A stretch of DNA of 57,194 nucleotides, counting the filler, from Sphacelaria rigidula (taxonomy: Eukaryota), in assembly GCA_964200075.2 (NCBI GenBank). It is 8 parts of 8 records of this genome, joined end to end, with 100 filler letters (N's around TTAATTAATTAA, not from the genome) between each part and the next. Parts side by side here need not be neighbours in the genome. Positions count along the whole stretch, not along the records: positions 1 to 7,063 come from CAXNAA020016687.1; positions 7,164 to 14,225 come from CAXNAA020016688.1; 6 more parts are not named here. One strand, given 5' to 3'. The position numbers were made by a program, and so were the translations under genes. Of this stretch, positions 1 to 10,843 are shown one piece after another. The first letter of the stretch is position 1. Every line of letters begins with the position of its first letter. The notes under the pieces are model-generated. The model searched no databases. It saw only the letters and a list, made by a program, of their open reading frames with translations, and was not told the origin of the DNA.

Positions 1-135
1 ATGGTTCGGCCCGAAGCCTACTGATTATCTTGCATACGGATGACCGCTTACAATGAGTTGCTTTATTGTCTGGTATCGCCACTTCCAGAGACAGCCACGG
101 CTTTTACACTGCCTCATGGATGCGTCACCAGCTGA
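1..135 (+). repeat. Fragment of abundant ~0.6-kb non-coding dispersed repeat (family A, possibly Sower-like)
   Basis: GGCCCGAAGCCTACTGATTATCTTGCATACGGATGAC...CACTTCCAGAGACAGCCACGGC matches copies at ~50370-50490 and 55400-55520 (reverse). Confidence 0.85.
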
Positions 136-1582
136 TGGGCGGGGGGGACAGCGGGTGGAAGGGCAGGGTGAAGAGACGAACGGGGCGCTCGTGGGGCGAG
201 AGGTCGGTGACGGGGAGTCGAGATGAAATACAGGCAGTACGCGATAAACCAGCAGTGCTGAAAGGAGCGCATTATCCAAAGTGGCAGGCGTTATAGACGA
301 TACTACTGCAGGCTGAAACCATCACAACTTGGGTGTATACTAATGACTCTCCGTGCACGTGTTTCGGCGGGGATAAGTGCCCGACACGAGCGAATATGGC
401 GCACCGACGGTATCTTTGGTCCAAAACTCATAGATAAAATCTCCCTGTGAACGGTATAGTTCATGTATAGCAGTTTTCAGGTGAAATAGGGAATTCTCCG
501 TCATCTTCGTGTTGGGGAATCTTCAAAAGATTTTTTCGCGCGCCACCGCTTATCGCAGTGAACGTTTGATTCCGAAGTCTGGGGATCGGGAGATACTATA
601 CTATAGTAGGCATCATCTCTGCGCTCAATATTCAACGAGTCACGGGCTGAATTATGCAGGAGGTGTTATTGACCGTTTTTGGTCAAAACATATTTCTTTT
701 CGGCTCTTGCGCAATGAACAGGTGGACATAAAAAAGGGGCTGCAAGCACGAGAGCAACCGGGTTTGGCGCATCCTCACCCGTGCTCTGGAGAGCTTGGTT
801 GGGCAATTTTCGTATTTGGGTACTTTTTTTTGTATTATTTTACAGTATTCTTCCTCAGCACTCGGAAGTCCTGGAGAAGATAAACAGCAGGAAAAGACGC
901 AAGCCGTACTCAGGACACAATTCTCAATTGGTGTTGTCGGGGCGATACAGAGTAAGAACCACGTATATCAAGGGGTGCTATGGACCGTCACTGGTCCAAA
1001 ACAAAAACAGTTTTTCGGCTCTAGCGCAATGTACATATGAGAAAACAGTCCGTTACATTTGTTCACGAAAACGTCTGGGATTGCTTCAAGCGAGCAAAAA
1101 TACCCAACGGTCAGAGCCTGGGGCTGGGTAGTCGCAGGACACTCGGAAATCGGTTAGCCCGCAAGTCATTTAATATCGGGTGCAAATACTATGTTTCGCG
1201 ATGTGGAGCGGATGCCTGGCATCTCCCAATCTTAAGAGAGTGAGATCAAAACGTTCACTAGCATGAGCGGTAGCATGTGGATACACTGGTGAGAATCACC
1301 GACTACGAAAAAATTACAACAGTCCCCCATTTCAGCTGTTTACTACTGTACATGGAAAACGCTGACGTGTGTGATTTTCGGTCGCATCGTGAGATCTCGA
1401 CACAGTTTCCCTGGACTACCTACTCGTAAAAGAGCAGAAAAAAGGCAAAATGACGAAATCCGCGTGTACACAAACGATGGCGTGTATATGATTGAAGGTG
1501 ATGACCCACACGTGCAAGCGCAGCAGCTGCACAATCACCACCGAAAACAAAAATAAACACGATGTCCGACAACCATCCGCAC

Positions 1583-3224
1583 CTAAAACCCTCCGGGCGA
1601 GGATATCGCTTCCTCTCGGGGGTTCCTCCCGTTGCCCCCCGGGTTGAACACGCCTCCTCAACGTGCTCTTCGATTTTCTCCACACACCGCCCGATCAAAG
1701 AGCCGTGCTCAGTCTTCATACCGTTGACGACAGCAACCAGTCCCGTCACCTATTTAGGAGTCAGTCCATTGATTTTGGAGGGGGAAAAAAAATCAAAATA
1801 GAACAATGAAGGAAATCGCGAAAAAACAAAATCTGGAGAGAGAGAGTAAATAAAATACATAGTATTCGCGAGTAGAAAAAATAATCTACTCCGTAGTTTG
1901 TCATCTTGTTACTGCCTCTGCAGTTTGTAGCATATGGACGCACCTGCTCCTCCACAGCGCGCTTGGCTTCAACCCCGCTCTCCTCCGCACCGGCGGCCAA
2001 CCCCGACACGGTGGCCACGGCTCGACCGTTCTCCTCCAATAACGCCTCTCGTGACTTGTTGAAGTCGTCAGCCGTTGTGTTGACCGCCTTGGTCACGCCC
2101 GATAGGCATTCCTGTACAGAACGTGCGCATTAGTTTGACGATTTGACGGGGGGATGAGGTGTGTTGGTCGATCTCGTCGTGCCTCGTAGTGGCTGAAGGG
2201 TGAGGATCTAAAATACCATCGGGGCGGTCCCGCCTCGTGCAAGAAAGGAGTCAATTTTGTTTCCCGCACTTATTCTGATTCTTATTCTTGTTTTTATTTA
2301 TCTGTTTCGTCGTATTTTTGTTATTTGCTCCGATTGTGGGGTCTTGCAGCGAAAAAAATAAAAAATATAAAACGCGGTAGGCGCTGCTGCGCTAGAATGT
2401 GCATGTTCAAGGATGCGAGATTTTTATTTTAGTACGTACGACTATCCTCCTCCTCGTGGGGTGACGAACGCGCACACCGTGGTGAAGCGTAATCAAACAA
2501 CGAAACGAGAGCAGAGTCATGCTATAAAAGAAGGGGGTAGGGGGGGGGGGGGGTGTTCGATTCCACGAAAAATGGGCTCGAATGTGCGTCAGAAGATCCA
2601 ACACACTCGCGGTGCGCTTGTATTTGGGTAAAAGCGATGTCAAACGGTATGAATGGGCGTCATAAATCGGAAGCAAGCGTGTTCGAACTACCGTTGCCGC
2701 CATCAACCTTTAATGCAGGTAGAATTTCGCGGGAAAAAACAGCCCAAAATACCCCCCCCGCGCCGCCGCCGCCCCTGTCGTAGCATGACTCAGCACCACC
2801 TGCGGCTTATATTGTTGGTCACCAGCAGAACAAGAACTAGACTTGAAAAAAAAAAAGCATGGGATACATACAAGCTGCTGCCGTCATATTTATCCGCCTC
2901 GCGCGCTTGCTTTGAGAAGCAACGACAAAAACAGCACTCATGCACACACTGTACGCCCGAGGATAAGCCAGCTACGATCAAATAAGAGGGACAAGCGTGA
3001 AAATGTTGCAACAGCGCACCCGCTGGTCGTGTTCTCCTTATTTCTCAAAAAAAAAAAAACAGACAATGTCGATTACGTTTCGGGTCGAAGGTGAGCTTCT
3101 CATTGGCCAGGAGTTAAAAAACTTGAAAAAAACATACACACACACGCACAGGCACAGAAACCACAAGGATCCCACACGGAGCAACGTACACGAAAAAAAC
3201 TTGACAGCGCCGAGGATGAATTTA

Positions 3225-3255
<31 letters not shown>

Positions 3256-4662
3256 CGGTCTCACACAGCCACACCACCCTCCTCGTCCGTCGACCGCCCC
3301 CCGTACCCCGACGAAACCAACAACAACAGCTACGAGATCACGATGAGTAAGGAAACATGATGAACACTTACAAAAACGCCCTGCAGTTCAGTGTGCCTAC
3401 CTTGAGAGAACTGCTGGCTTCATCGGCAAGGGATGAAGTACGCGCCGATCCAGCAGTGACGGTCTCTGCAACGTCAACAGTAGCTGTCGCGAAGGCGGCC
3501 GCGGACTTCGCTTGTCCCTGAGTTCGACGTTGCAAAAAAAAAATCGAGAGGTTGATGTTGACAGAACAGCACAGCACAGCACAGCACGCCAGAGAGTACA
3601 AAAACTGAATCGGGCGTTGTCAAGTCGATCAATCGGGTTGTGCGGCAAGATGGAAGTTCACAGTCACACATACCTCTGCAGTTAGGCCCATTTTTTGCAA
3701 GGTTGTTTTCTGTAGGGGGTATACCCGAAATAGCCATTTTTTGTCGACACACTAACCAACTGTTCTATTTTTGCTGCTCCTGACCACGGGCTGGATTGTT
3801 GCAATCAGCTAATGTGAGATAATCAATCAATCAATCAACTAAACCATACCGAAATGTGTACCGAACATCCCCGGTGTGGTGCAGCGGGGTGTCGAGCCCT
3901 GTTCCAAACACACTTTTATATGGTCCGGAAGGGTATATTCACTGACGAAACACCTATTTCATATTTCTGTAAATACTGTACCCCGATTCGGTCGGTGTAC
4001 CCTACAGAACACAACCTCGCAATGCTGGGCTTAGTTGACTTGAACTCGGGCGCCGGGAATATGCGGGTGTACGCTATTGTAGCTCGGCGTCATCAAGCGA
4101 TGAAGTTTGTTTTCCGTCAAACCATGACGCTAACGCTAAACCTAACCCCAACCCATGTTAGGCCGCCAACCCTCTGGTAAGGGAAAGTGCACACAATAGT
4201 GCCCTACGGTAGCACCATGTGTGCCCTGTTATGGTTCAAAGTCGGCGCCTGCCAAAAAAGAGCGGACTACGCACGCTACGCCCCACGTTGGATGAGTGCT
4301 GGGGACCGTGACCCGAATAAAGACCCGAATATGACGGCCGACATCACAGTCAACTATATGTGGTCAACCATCGCATGAACTCGCGCTTTATCCAGAACGG
4401 AAATTTGACTGACCTAACCCCAGCGAAATGCGTTATGTATATCATCAAATCGCCCAGAGATCGAGTTTTTATCCCTGAGCATACATAAATACATGCCAAC
4501 TTGCACTCAATACTTACGGTTACGCTTACGCTTAGGGTCCTGCCCCCTTCTCTCCCTTCCCCCCCCACTAGCTGAATTCTTGGAATAAATAGTCACAAAG
4601 GAATAAACAAAACGCAGGCATATATGAATATGATCCACGACAGTTGATCAAATGAAAAACAG

Positions 4663-4702
<40 letters not shown>

Positions 4703-6618
4703 CACTCGCGTCGACAAGCATACACACACAACAGCACACAACTGACATGAGGCCCCGTCTCAACCCTTTGACCGCGAAGGTAGGTCACCTGACCATGCAG
4801 ACATTATTCAAGTGAAATTGATTGCTACACCATCAAATGACAAATCACAAATGGCCCATGTATACGCGCAGTGAAAGGGTTAACGAGAGAAAAAAAGGAA
4901 GAACGAAACAAAAAGTTGTAACAAATGAGAACGACGAGACTGACGAAACAGTCCACCTGTGGCAACCACTGAGTACGCTCCCTCTCGCCTTTTTTTATCC
5001 GAACTGTTCCTCCGTGTTAAAAATAAAAATAAAAATAAAAATAAAAATAAAAATAAAAATAAAAATAAAAATGATTATAGTGATAAATACAATGATAATG
5101 ATAATGACAATGACAATGACAATGACAATGATAATGATGATGATAATGATAATGATAATGATAATGATAATGATAATGATAATGATCATGATCATGATCA
5201 TGATCATGATAGTGATAATATGATCATGATATTCTTTTATGAAAACAGAAAAAACAATGCGATGAAAATGCCAAAAGGAAACCTAAAATGGTTGCCACAC
5301 GTGGGTGGACTGCTCGTCGAAAATTTTCTCGCTGTCACAATCTCATTCTCATGTGTTTATTGTTGTCTCGATCAGACGGGGCCTGAGTACAAATGCATCT
5401 ACGCCACGAAAAAAGTGATGACAATTTGACCAAACCACGAAAACAAAAAAAATGACCTCAATGGTGCTGTTGGTGTCGGCAGACGACTGCGCGAGTTTCC
5501 GCAGCATGTGTTCACTCCCGCTGGCCACGCTCTCCTCCACGCAGTCCATCTTCTCAGATACCTGCTCGAAACACATTAGTAGATCGGTTTAATTGGTTTG
5601 ATTGGTTCGGTTGGTTTCGTTGGTTTCGTTGATTTTGATTGTCGCACGTTTGGTGACCCCCGAGAGACCCAATCATATGGTAACATGATCAGCGCGACAT
5701 CCCCATGGTGAAAAAAAAAAAACTGAATGTTCGCTCGAGAAAACGAAGAAAAAGTGACACAAAAAAAGCTAGAACAAAAATAGGGAGAAATAATTATATA
5801 TATATATATGATTTCCATCTAAAAATATATTTACAATTTATAGTGTCAATACGCCCGAAATTTCTCTCTGTGTAGTATAGATTATGAGAAAAGGATAAAG
5901 GAGTACACTGGAAAATTACAATAATACAGACGAAGAGAAGATAACTGCTACGCAAACGCTCAGAAAGACCCCAAATACAGTTGCACCGAGCACAGTCATC
6001 ATACTCTGAACACCCAGACATCCGTGCGACTACATGTATTCTTATAAACCATAACCACCACCCCACCCCAAACCAATCCAGAACATTATGGCAACGCAAC
6101 ACACCCCGAACAATAGATTACGCTGTCCAAAAGCGTACTGCGTACAGAATGAAATATATTGTTTATTGCTGTAGACCCGATAGTCGGCACTCAACACAGT
6201 AAAACGTTTCGACGGTGTACTTCGTCGATTGTCATCATCCAGGGTCTTCACAACACACGCAGTCATTATCCACGGTGTTCGCAACACACGCACAAACACG
6301 GACGGCGGACACATACCGCGACACCGAACAAGCAGTCAACAACTCACGGGAACATATACAACCACGAATCCGGTAGACAAGAGAAAAAAAACACAAAAAA
6401 CAGATCGGTGCACCTGGAAAAAGGAAAAGAAATGGTCACACACACACAGACGCACGCACACATACAAACATCGTTAAACGGTAAGACGAACGTACCGCGA
6501 CACCAAAAGACTTGGCCGCGGAGATGGAGATCGCCATGGCCTCTCCGGCGGCGTCCGCCTGCTGCTCCGCACGGCTGCGGGCGTTCGCCTCCATCGTTTG
6601 GAGGAGGCTAGACACCGA
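1583..6618 (-). CDS. Kinesin-5 (BimC/Eg5 family) gene, partial: C-terminal stalk/tail exons
   Basis: Five phase-compatible AG/GT exons read by hand: 6618-6496 (SVSSLLQTMEANARSRAEQQ...FGVA), 5561-5457 (VSEKMDCVEESVASG...STIE), 3517-3401 (GQAKSAAAF...SSLK), 2111-1944 (ECLSGVTKAV...VEEQ), 1749-1583 (VTGLVAVVNG...ATGGTPERKRYPRPEGF). An Ala/Glu-rich helical stalk ends in TGxTPxRKxY, the BimC-box CDK site of kinesin-5 tails. The motor domain and the final exon are not seen. Confidence 0.75.
3781..3838 (+). mobile_element. LINE/SINE-type 3' end (GACCACGG-hairpin-GCTAATGT + (CAAT)n tail)
   Basis: TGACCACGGGCTGGATTGTTGCAATCAGCTAATGTGAGATAATCAATCAATCAATC; closely similar reverse copy at 22100-22165. 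Confidence 0.65.
5018..5228. repeat. Compound microsatellite (AAAAAT)n-(AATGAC)n-(AATGAT)n-(ATGATC)n in kinesin intron
   Basis: Directly visible hexamer arrays; source of the low-complexity ORFs 4822-5429. Confidence 0.95.
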
Positions 6619-6689
6619 CTGCACGACACCACCGAAAAACGCCGTGCGGAGAAGAACCAGGGGTCCATTGGGGTGAGGGAAGGGGGAAG

Positions 6690-7063
6690 GTGCACTCATG
6701 ATCTTGCACGCACGCCGTAGTCACGGGACCATTGACCTCGCATCACCACAAAACAGGGACGGAGCACGCCCGGTTTTCGCTGGATGAGGCTCGCAGTCAC
6801 CAAACGCGAAGCGCCGTAATCTGTTCGGCGAGTCTCATAAACGGGTGAGCTACATTCTGTTAAGATTGTTCGGCCCGGGGCGTACTAACTATCTTGCACA
6901 CGGATGACAGCCTCCGATGAGTTGCTTGACGTGTTTCACAGCGTCGTAGTCAACCAACGCCAACCCGCAGGGGGGGTGTACTCACGATCATGCATGCCAT
7001 AGTTATCTGACCATTGACCTCGCATCCCTATAAACCCGGGACGGAGCACGCCGGGTTTTCGCC
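6690..7063 (+). repeat. Family A repeat, two head-to-tail partial units running into contig end
   Basis: GACCATTGACCTCGCATC..GGGACGGAGCACGCC.GGTTTTCGC occurs at ~6727-6781 and again at ~7009-7063. Confidence 0.85.
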
Positions 7064-7163
7064 NNNNNNNNNNNNNNNNNNNNNNNNNNNNNNNNNNNNN
7101 NNNNNNNTTAATTAATTAANNNNNNNNNNNNNNNNNNNNNNNNNNNNNNNNNNNNNNNNNNNN
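7064..7163. other. Artificial contig linker (N-TTAATTAATTAA-N, 100 bp)
   Basis: Identical 100-bp spacer repeated seven times; the core gives stops in all six frames. Confidence 0.98.
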
Positions 7164-10100
7164 GTGTTCACATTGGAAATGGAAAAGACCGTCCGCCATC
7201 TTCTTGACACCCTTTCGCGCCCGCCGATTCTCGTCTTCCCCGACTGGTCGGCCGCGGAGCAGGGTTCCCGCTCTTTCTGGCTCCACACAGATTCTTCCAA
7301 AATTGGGTTTGGCTGCACATTAGAACAGGTGCAAGTCGATGCTACTGTTCGTCCCATTGTCTATCTGAGTCGCACCACTTTTCCGAAAGAACAGAATTGG
7401 TCTGTCATGGAATAAGAGGCCGGCGCAGTTGTTTGGGGCGTGCGACGTCTGCGTCAGAATTTGTATGTCATCCCGTTTGTGATTTATACCGATCATAAGT
7501 CTTTGGAAAGCCTAGCCAAAATTGCGGAACACAACGCTAGGGTCCAACGCTGGTTCCAAATCCTGTCGTCTTACACCTTTCAACTGAAGTACCGCACAGG
7601 TCCCTAGAATGGAAACGCCGACTTTCTGTCACGCTTGCCCACACCAGCTCAACCTATCGATGAATCCGCCATGGGACGTATCACCGATCCCACCGAAGAC
7701 ATCGTATATTTCATCAACAGGAATGAACTCGGAGGTCTCTACACACCACTTTCACGGAGAGAAACGCTGGCTTTAGGCATGGGTGGGCTAACGACCACAG
7801 CCCACGCATCAGTCCTAGGCAGCTTGCAACCTCAATCGTTGTACTCAGTTTGGAATGGACTGTCTACGAATACTGTTGGCTGTGAATATTTTCGTGCAAC
7901 TGGCCAGCGCATGGTTTTTGCAGCAGGTGTAGAACCGTCCTTTACTGACTCCGTCTTACCAGTTCAAGTTCGAGATTTGATTTCGAGTAGGACTCGTGGA
8001 CGGCAAACCGCCGAAACGGCCACCAAATTAGCCGTATCTGGTCTTGACCTTCCCCTCCCTGCCCCCACCCCGGTCCCCGCTAGTTTCCTTGCGCCCCCGC
8101 AGCCTCCGCGACGCAAGGCTCCCAGAAAATCGACCCCGACCGTGCCGCCCCTGCCAACCATAGCCGATACCACGGCTGTGCTCATCTCCCTTGGTGATGA
8201 TCTTGCAAACACCACCACAATACCTTCCACTCTAATCGACGCAGGAGTAGACGTTAACGTTCCGTCTGAGAGTACACCAACTGGTAAGCTCACCCTTGAT
8301 TCCGAAATCACCGCTTCGTGCCAACCCCGCCCCGAACCGACCCGACACGAAGTCGACGCTTCAACAGATGGTGCATTCAAGGAACGTTTGACTCTCTTCT
8401 CCCACGCCGATTGGGCCCGGAAACAACAGGCAGAACCTGCTTGTAAATAAGCTATTCATCATCTGTCTAAAGGTTGCCCGTGTCCATTCTCAGAAACCGA
8501 ATTTCTTTCGCCGGTCGGGAATCTCAAAGCGCCCACACAGGATGAAGTTACTGAACTTTCAAGGAAAGGTATGCTACATACGGATGATGGTATAGTCCTG
8601 TTAGTTCGCCGGCCCACAGCAGCCCTCCCTAGGGGGAAGCCTACAAGTCGACATGCCCGCTTGCTAGGTGATGAACCCATCCGCATCTATGTCCCGATGC
8701 TCCTGCGACCATGGGTTCTACACGAATGCCATTCATAGGCATCGACTCATTTAGGCGCCATTAGGACCTCCAAGATGTTGGAACGTTTTTATTGATGGAT
8801 TTGTATGGATCAGTGTTGTCGTTGGTGGGTGAGGCGTTGTCTTTTGTGTCAGGCGCGAAAAACGTCTCGTCAAACAGTTTGTTGGCCGATTGTTTCCATG
8901 CCACTCCCAAACGGGCCTGGTGAAGTAGTTTCGTGGGACTATTTTGGTCCTTTGCCCCTGACGGATAGTGGAAATAAGTATATTTCGTTGTTTACGGATG
9001 GATTTAGTCGACATGCGGTGATGCACGCCGTTCCCCCCAGTAGGTATACCGCGGAAGGTACCGCCAACATTCTTGTCTATATGTACATCCCACTGTGGGG
9101 TGTGCCAAAAGGCTTACTATCTGACAACGGCCCGCATTTTTCAGGCAAACTTTCAGCCGCCGTCAGTGACCTTGTTGGTGCCCATCGCATTTTTACTAGT
9201 TCATATCACCCTTCCACCAATGGTGGAACGGAACGAGTGAGCCATACGATGGCACAGATGCTTGCTGATATAGCAAATGAGAGACAGATGGACTGGGACC
9301 TGCACCTACCCCTTGTCCAGATGAACTACAACAATTCAGTCAATGCCGCTACGGGATTGTCGCCGAATGAAATCCATACTGGATGCATGCCTAGGTTACC
9401 TTTAACGGTATTCGAACGCAAAAATACAGGTAGACATCAGAGTCTGGATCGTGATGTCGCAGAGTATTATTTGTCGGTTAGCAATGGTCTTCGTCTTGCA
9501 TATGAAGTGGCACGAGAACAGAACCGAATCAATTTGGCCAAGGTGGCCAGTGCGAACTCGGTGTTGGAAGGTGTGGTGCATAACCGCCCGGTTTGGAAGG
9601 TAGGCCAATGGGCATGGGTATATAACGATGGAAAGACCATCAATCAAGGGGCTAGCTCGAAATCATCATCTTTGGATCAAGTGTTGAAGGCGAAACTAGC
9701 CTTGAATTGGACTGGTCCTTGGGAAATTTTGGCTGTTGGTCCAAGCGCTACCGCACCCGACAAGAGTCCGGTGGGAGCGAAACTTTTGTATTTAGATTTT
9801 CCCACGGATGAACCTGGTTTGAAACCGAAAAATCGCGTCTCGATGCTACGATGCAAACCGTGTATCCCCCCTCATGACTCCTCTGACATGCCCAAACAAC
9901 TGCCGGTAGGGCTTAGCCAGTATGTGTTGACCAAGTATGCGATCATACCTCCGCCGTATCACATGACGGTTGAGGATGCGGACGCACCCCTGGAACGCGT
10001 TGAGGTTGAAAGGATTTCGGGTCATTAACTGGTTCGTGGTCGTTGAGGTAAGATAGCGGTAATGTATCAAACACATTGGAAGGGTATCATGCGTGTTACG

Positions 10101-10843
10101 TGGGAGCGTGAGGTTGATTTGCGTCATTTTCGTCGGAAAATATTGCTGTACTGGGTAGGAGATACCGTCCAAACCGCCCGTTGAAAAAGCGATATCGGTC
10201 GATGCGCAAGGGAGCTGCCGCTCGAGAACTGGCACGTGAAAACTCAGCGCGGTTTGTTGTGACAGGATACAGCTTTCTTTCGCGTTCACAATACATGCAG
10301 TGTTTTCACGATGAACGATTGCCGAAAGGGGCGTATTTTTGGTATAAGGCTATGGACTCACTGTGGTGATTGGGAAAAATTCATTTGGTCGATCCTGCAT
10401 CTGACCACTCCTACTTTATCCGCTTCCTTGATGACCCGAGCCCCCTTAAGATTCGCTTGAATGATGCGTACTACACCGAGGAGCCGACCGCTCGGAGGGG
10501 ATGACTATTGCCGAGATAGCCCCCCCGAAAAAGTGCACTGGAAGCTGTCCGACAAACCGGCTGCGATCCCACTTTTGGGCTTGTTTGCAGCAATTTCGCT
10601 CACATGAGGGACATGTAGCAGTCCGAGATCAGCTATAACGCCCAAATGAGTCGCATCGTGTAGGACGAAACCAGCTCTAACAGCATTTATGATCATCGCC
10701 TCCGTGTACTTTTTTGGCCGGTTCGGGGGGGGGCTATCTCGGCAGCAGTCGGATCCTGGTGCCTCCAACGACACGACCAAGGCGAACTCGAAACAGCCGT
10801 TCTACGGAACACGGACACCGCTTGGGATGCAGATGACTCATGA
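7164..10843 (+). pseudogene. pol: Degenerate Ty3/Gypsy pol: RNase H, Pro/Thr linker, integrase (HHCC + DDE + GPY/F-like), chromo-like and Tudor-like C-terminus
   Basis: RNase H motifs LHTDSSKIGFGCTLEQ, IYTDHKSL, RVQRW, NGNADFLSRLP (7164-7640). Zn finger HECHS*ASTHLG...CLLCQ (~8720-8852). DDE VSWDY/LSDNG/GTERV (8920-9240). KLALNWTGPWEI (~9690-9730). Several in-frame stops and a frameshift near 10180. The frame ends GSWCLQRH...DDS* at 10843 once the 10503-10750 insertion is removed. Order RH then INT indicates Gypsy. Confidence 0.93.
10503..10750. mobile_element. 248-bp non-autonomous TIR element (MITE) with 4-bp GGAT TSD inserted in Gypsy pol
   Basis: Left TIR GACTATTGCCGAGATAGCCCCCCCG; right end reverse-complements to GACTGCTGCCGAGATAGCCCCCCCC. 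GGAT lies at 10499-10502 and 10751-10754. Excision restores the frame ...TARRG-SWCLQRH. Confidence 0.85.

Noticed and set aside
4822..5429. ORFs with poly-IK/IM/ND tracts
   Set aside because: Translations of a hexamer microsatellite inside an intron
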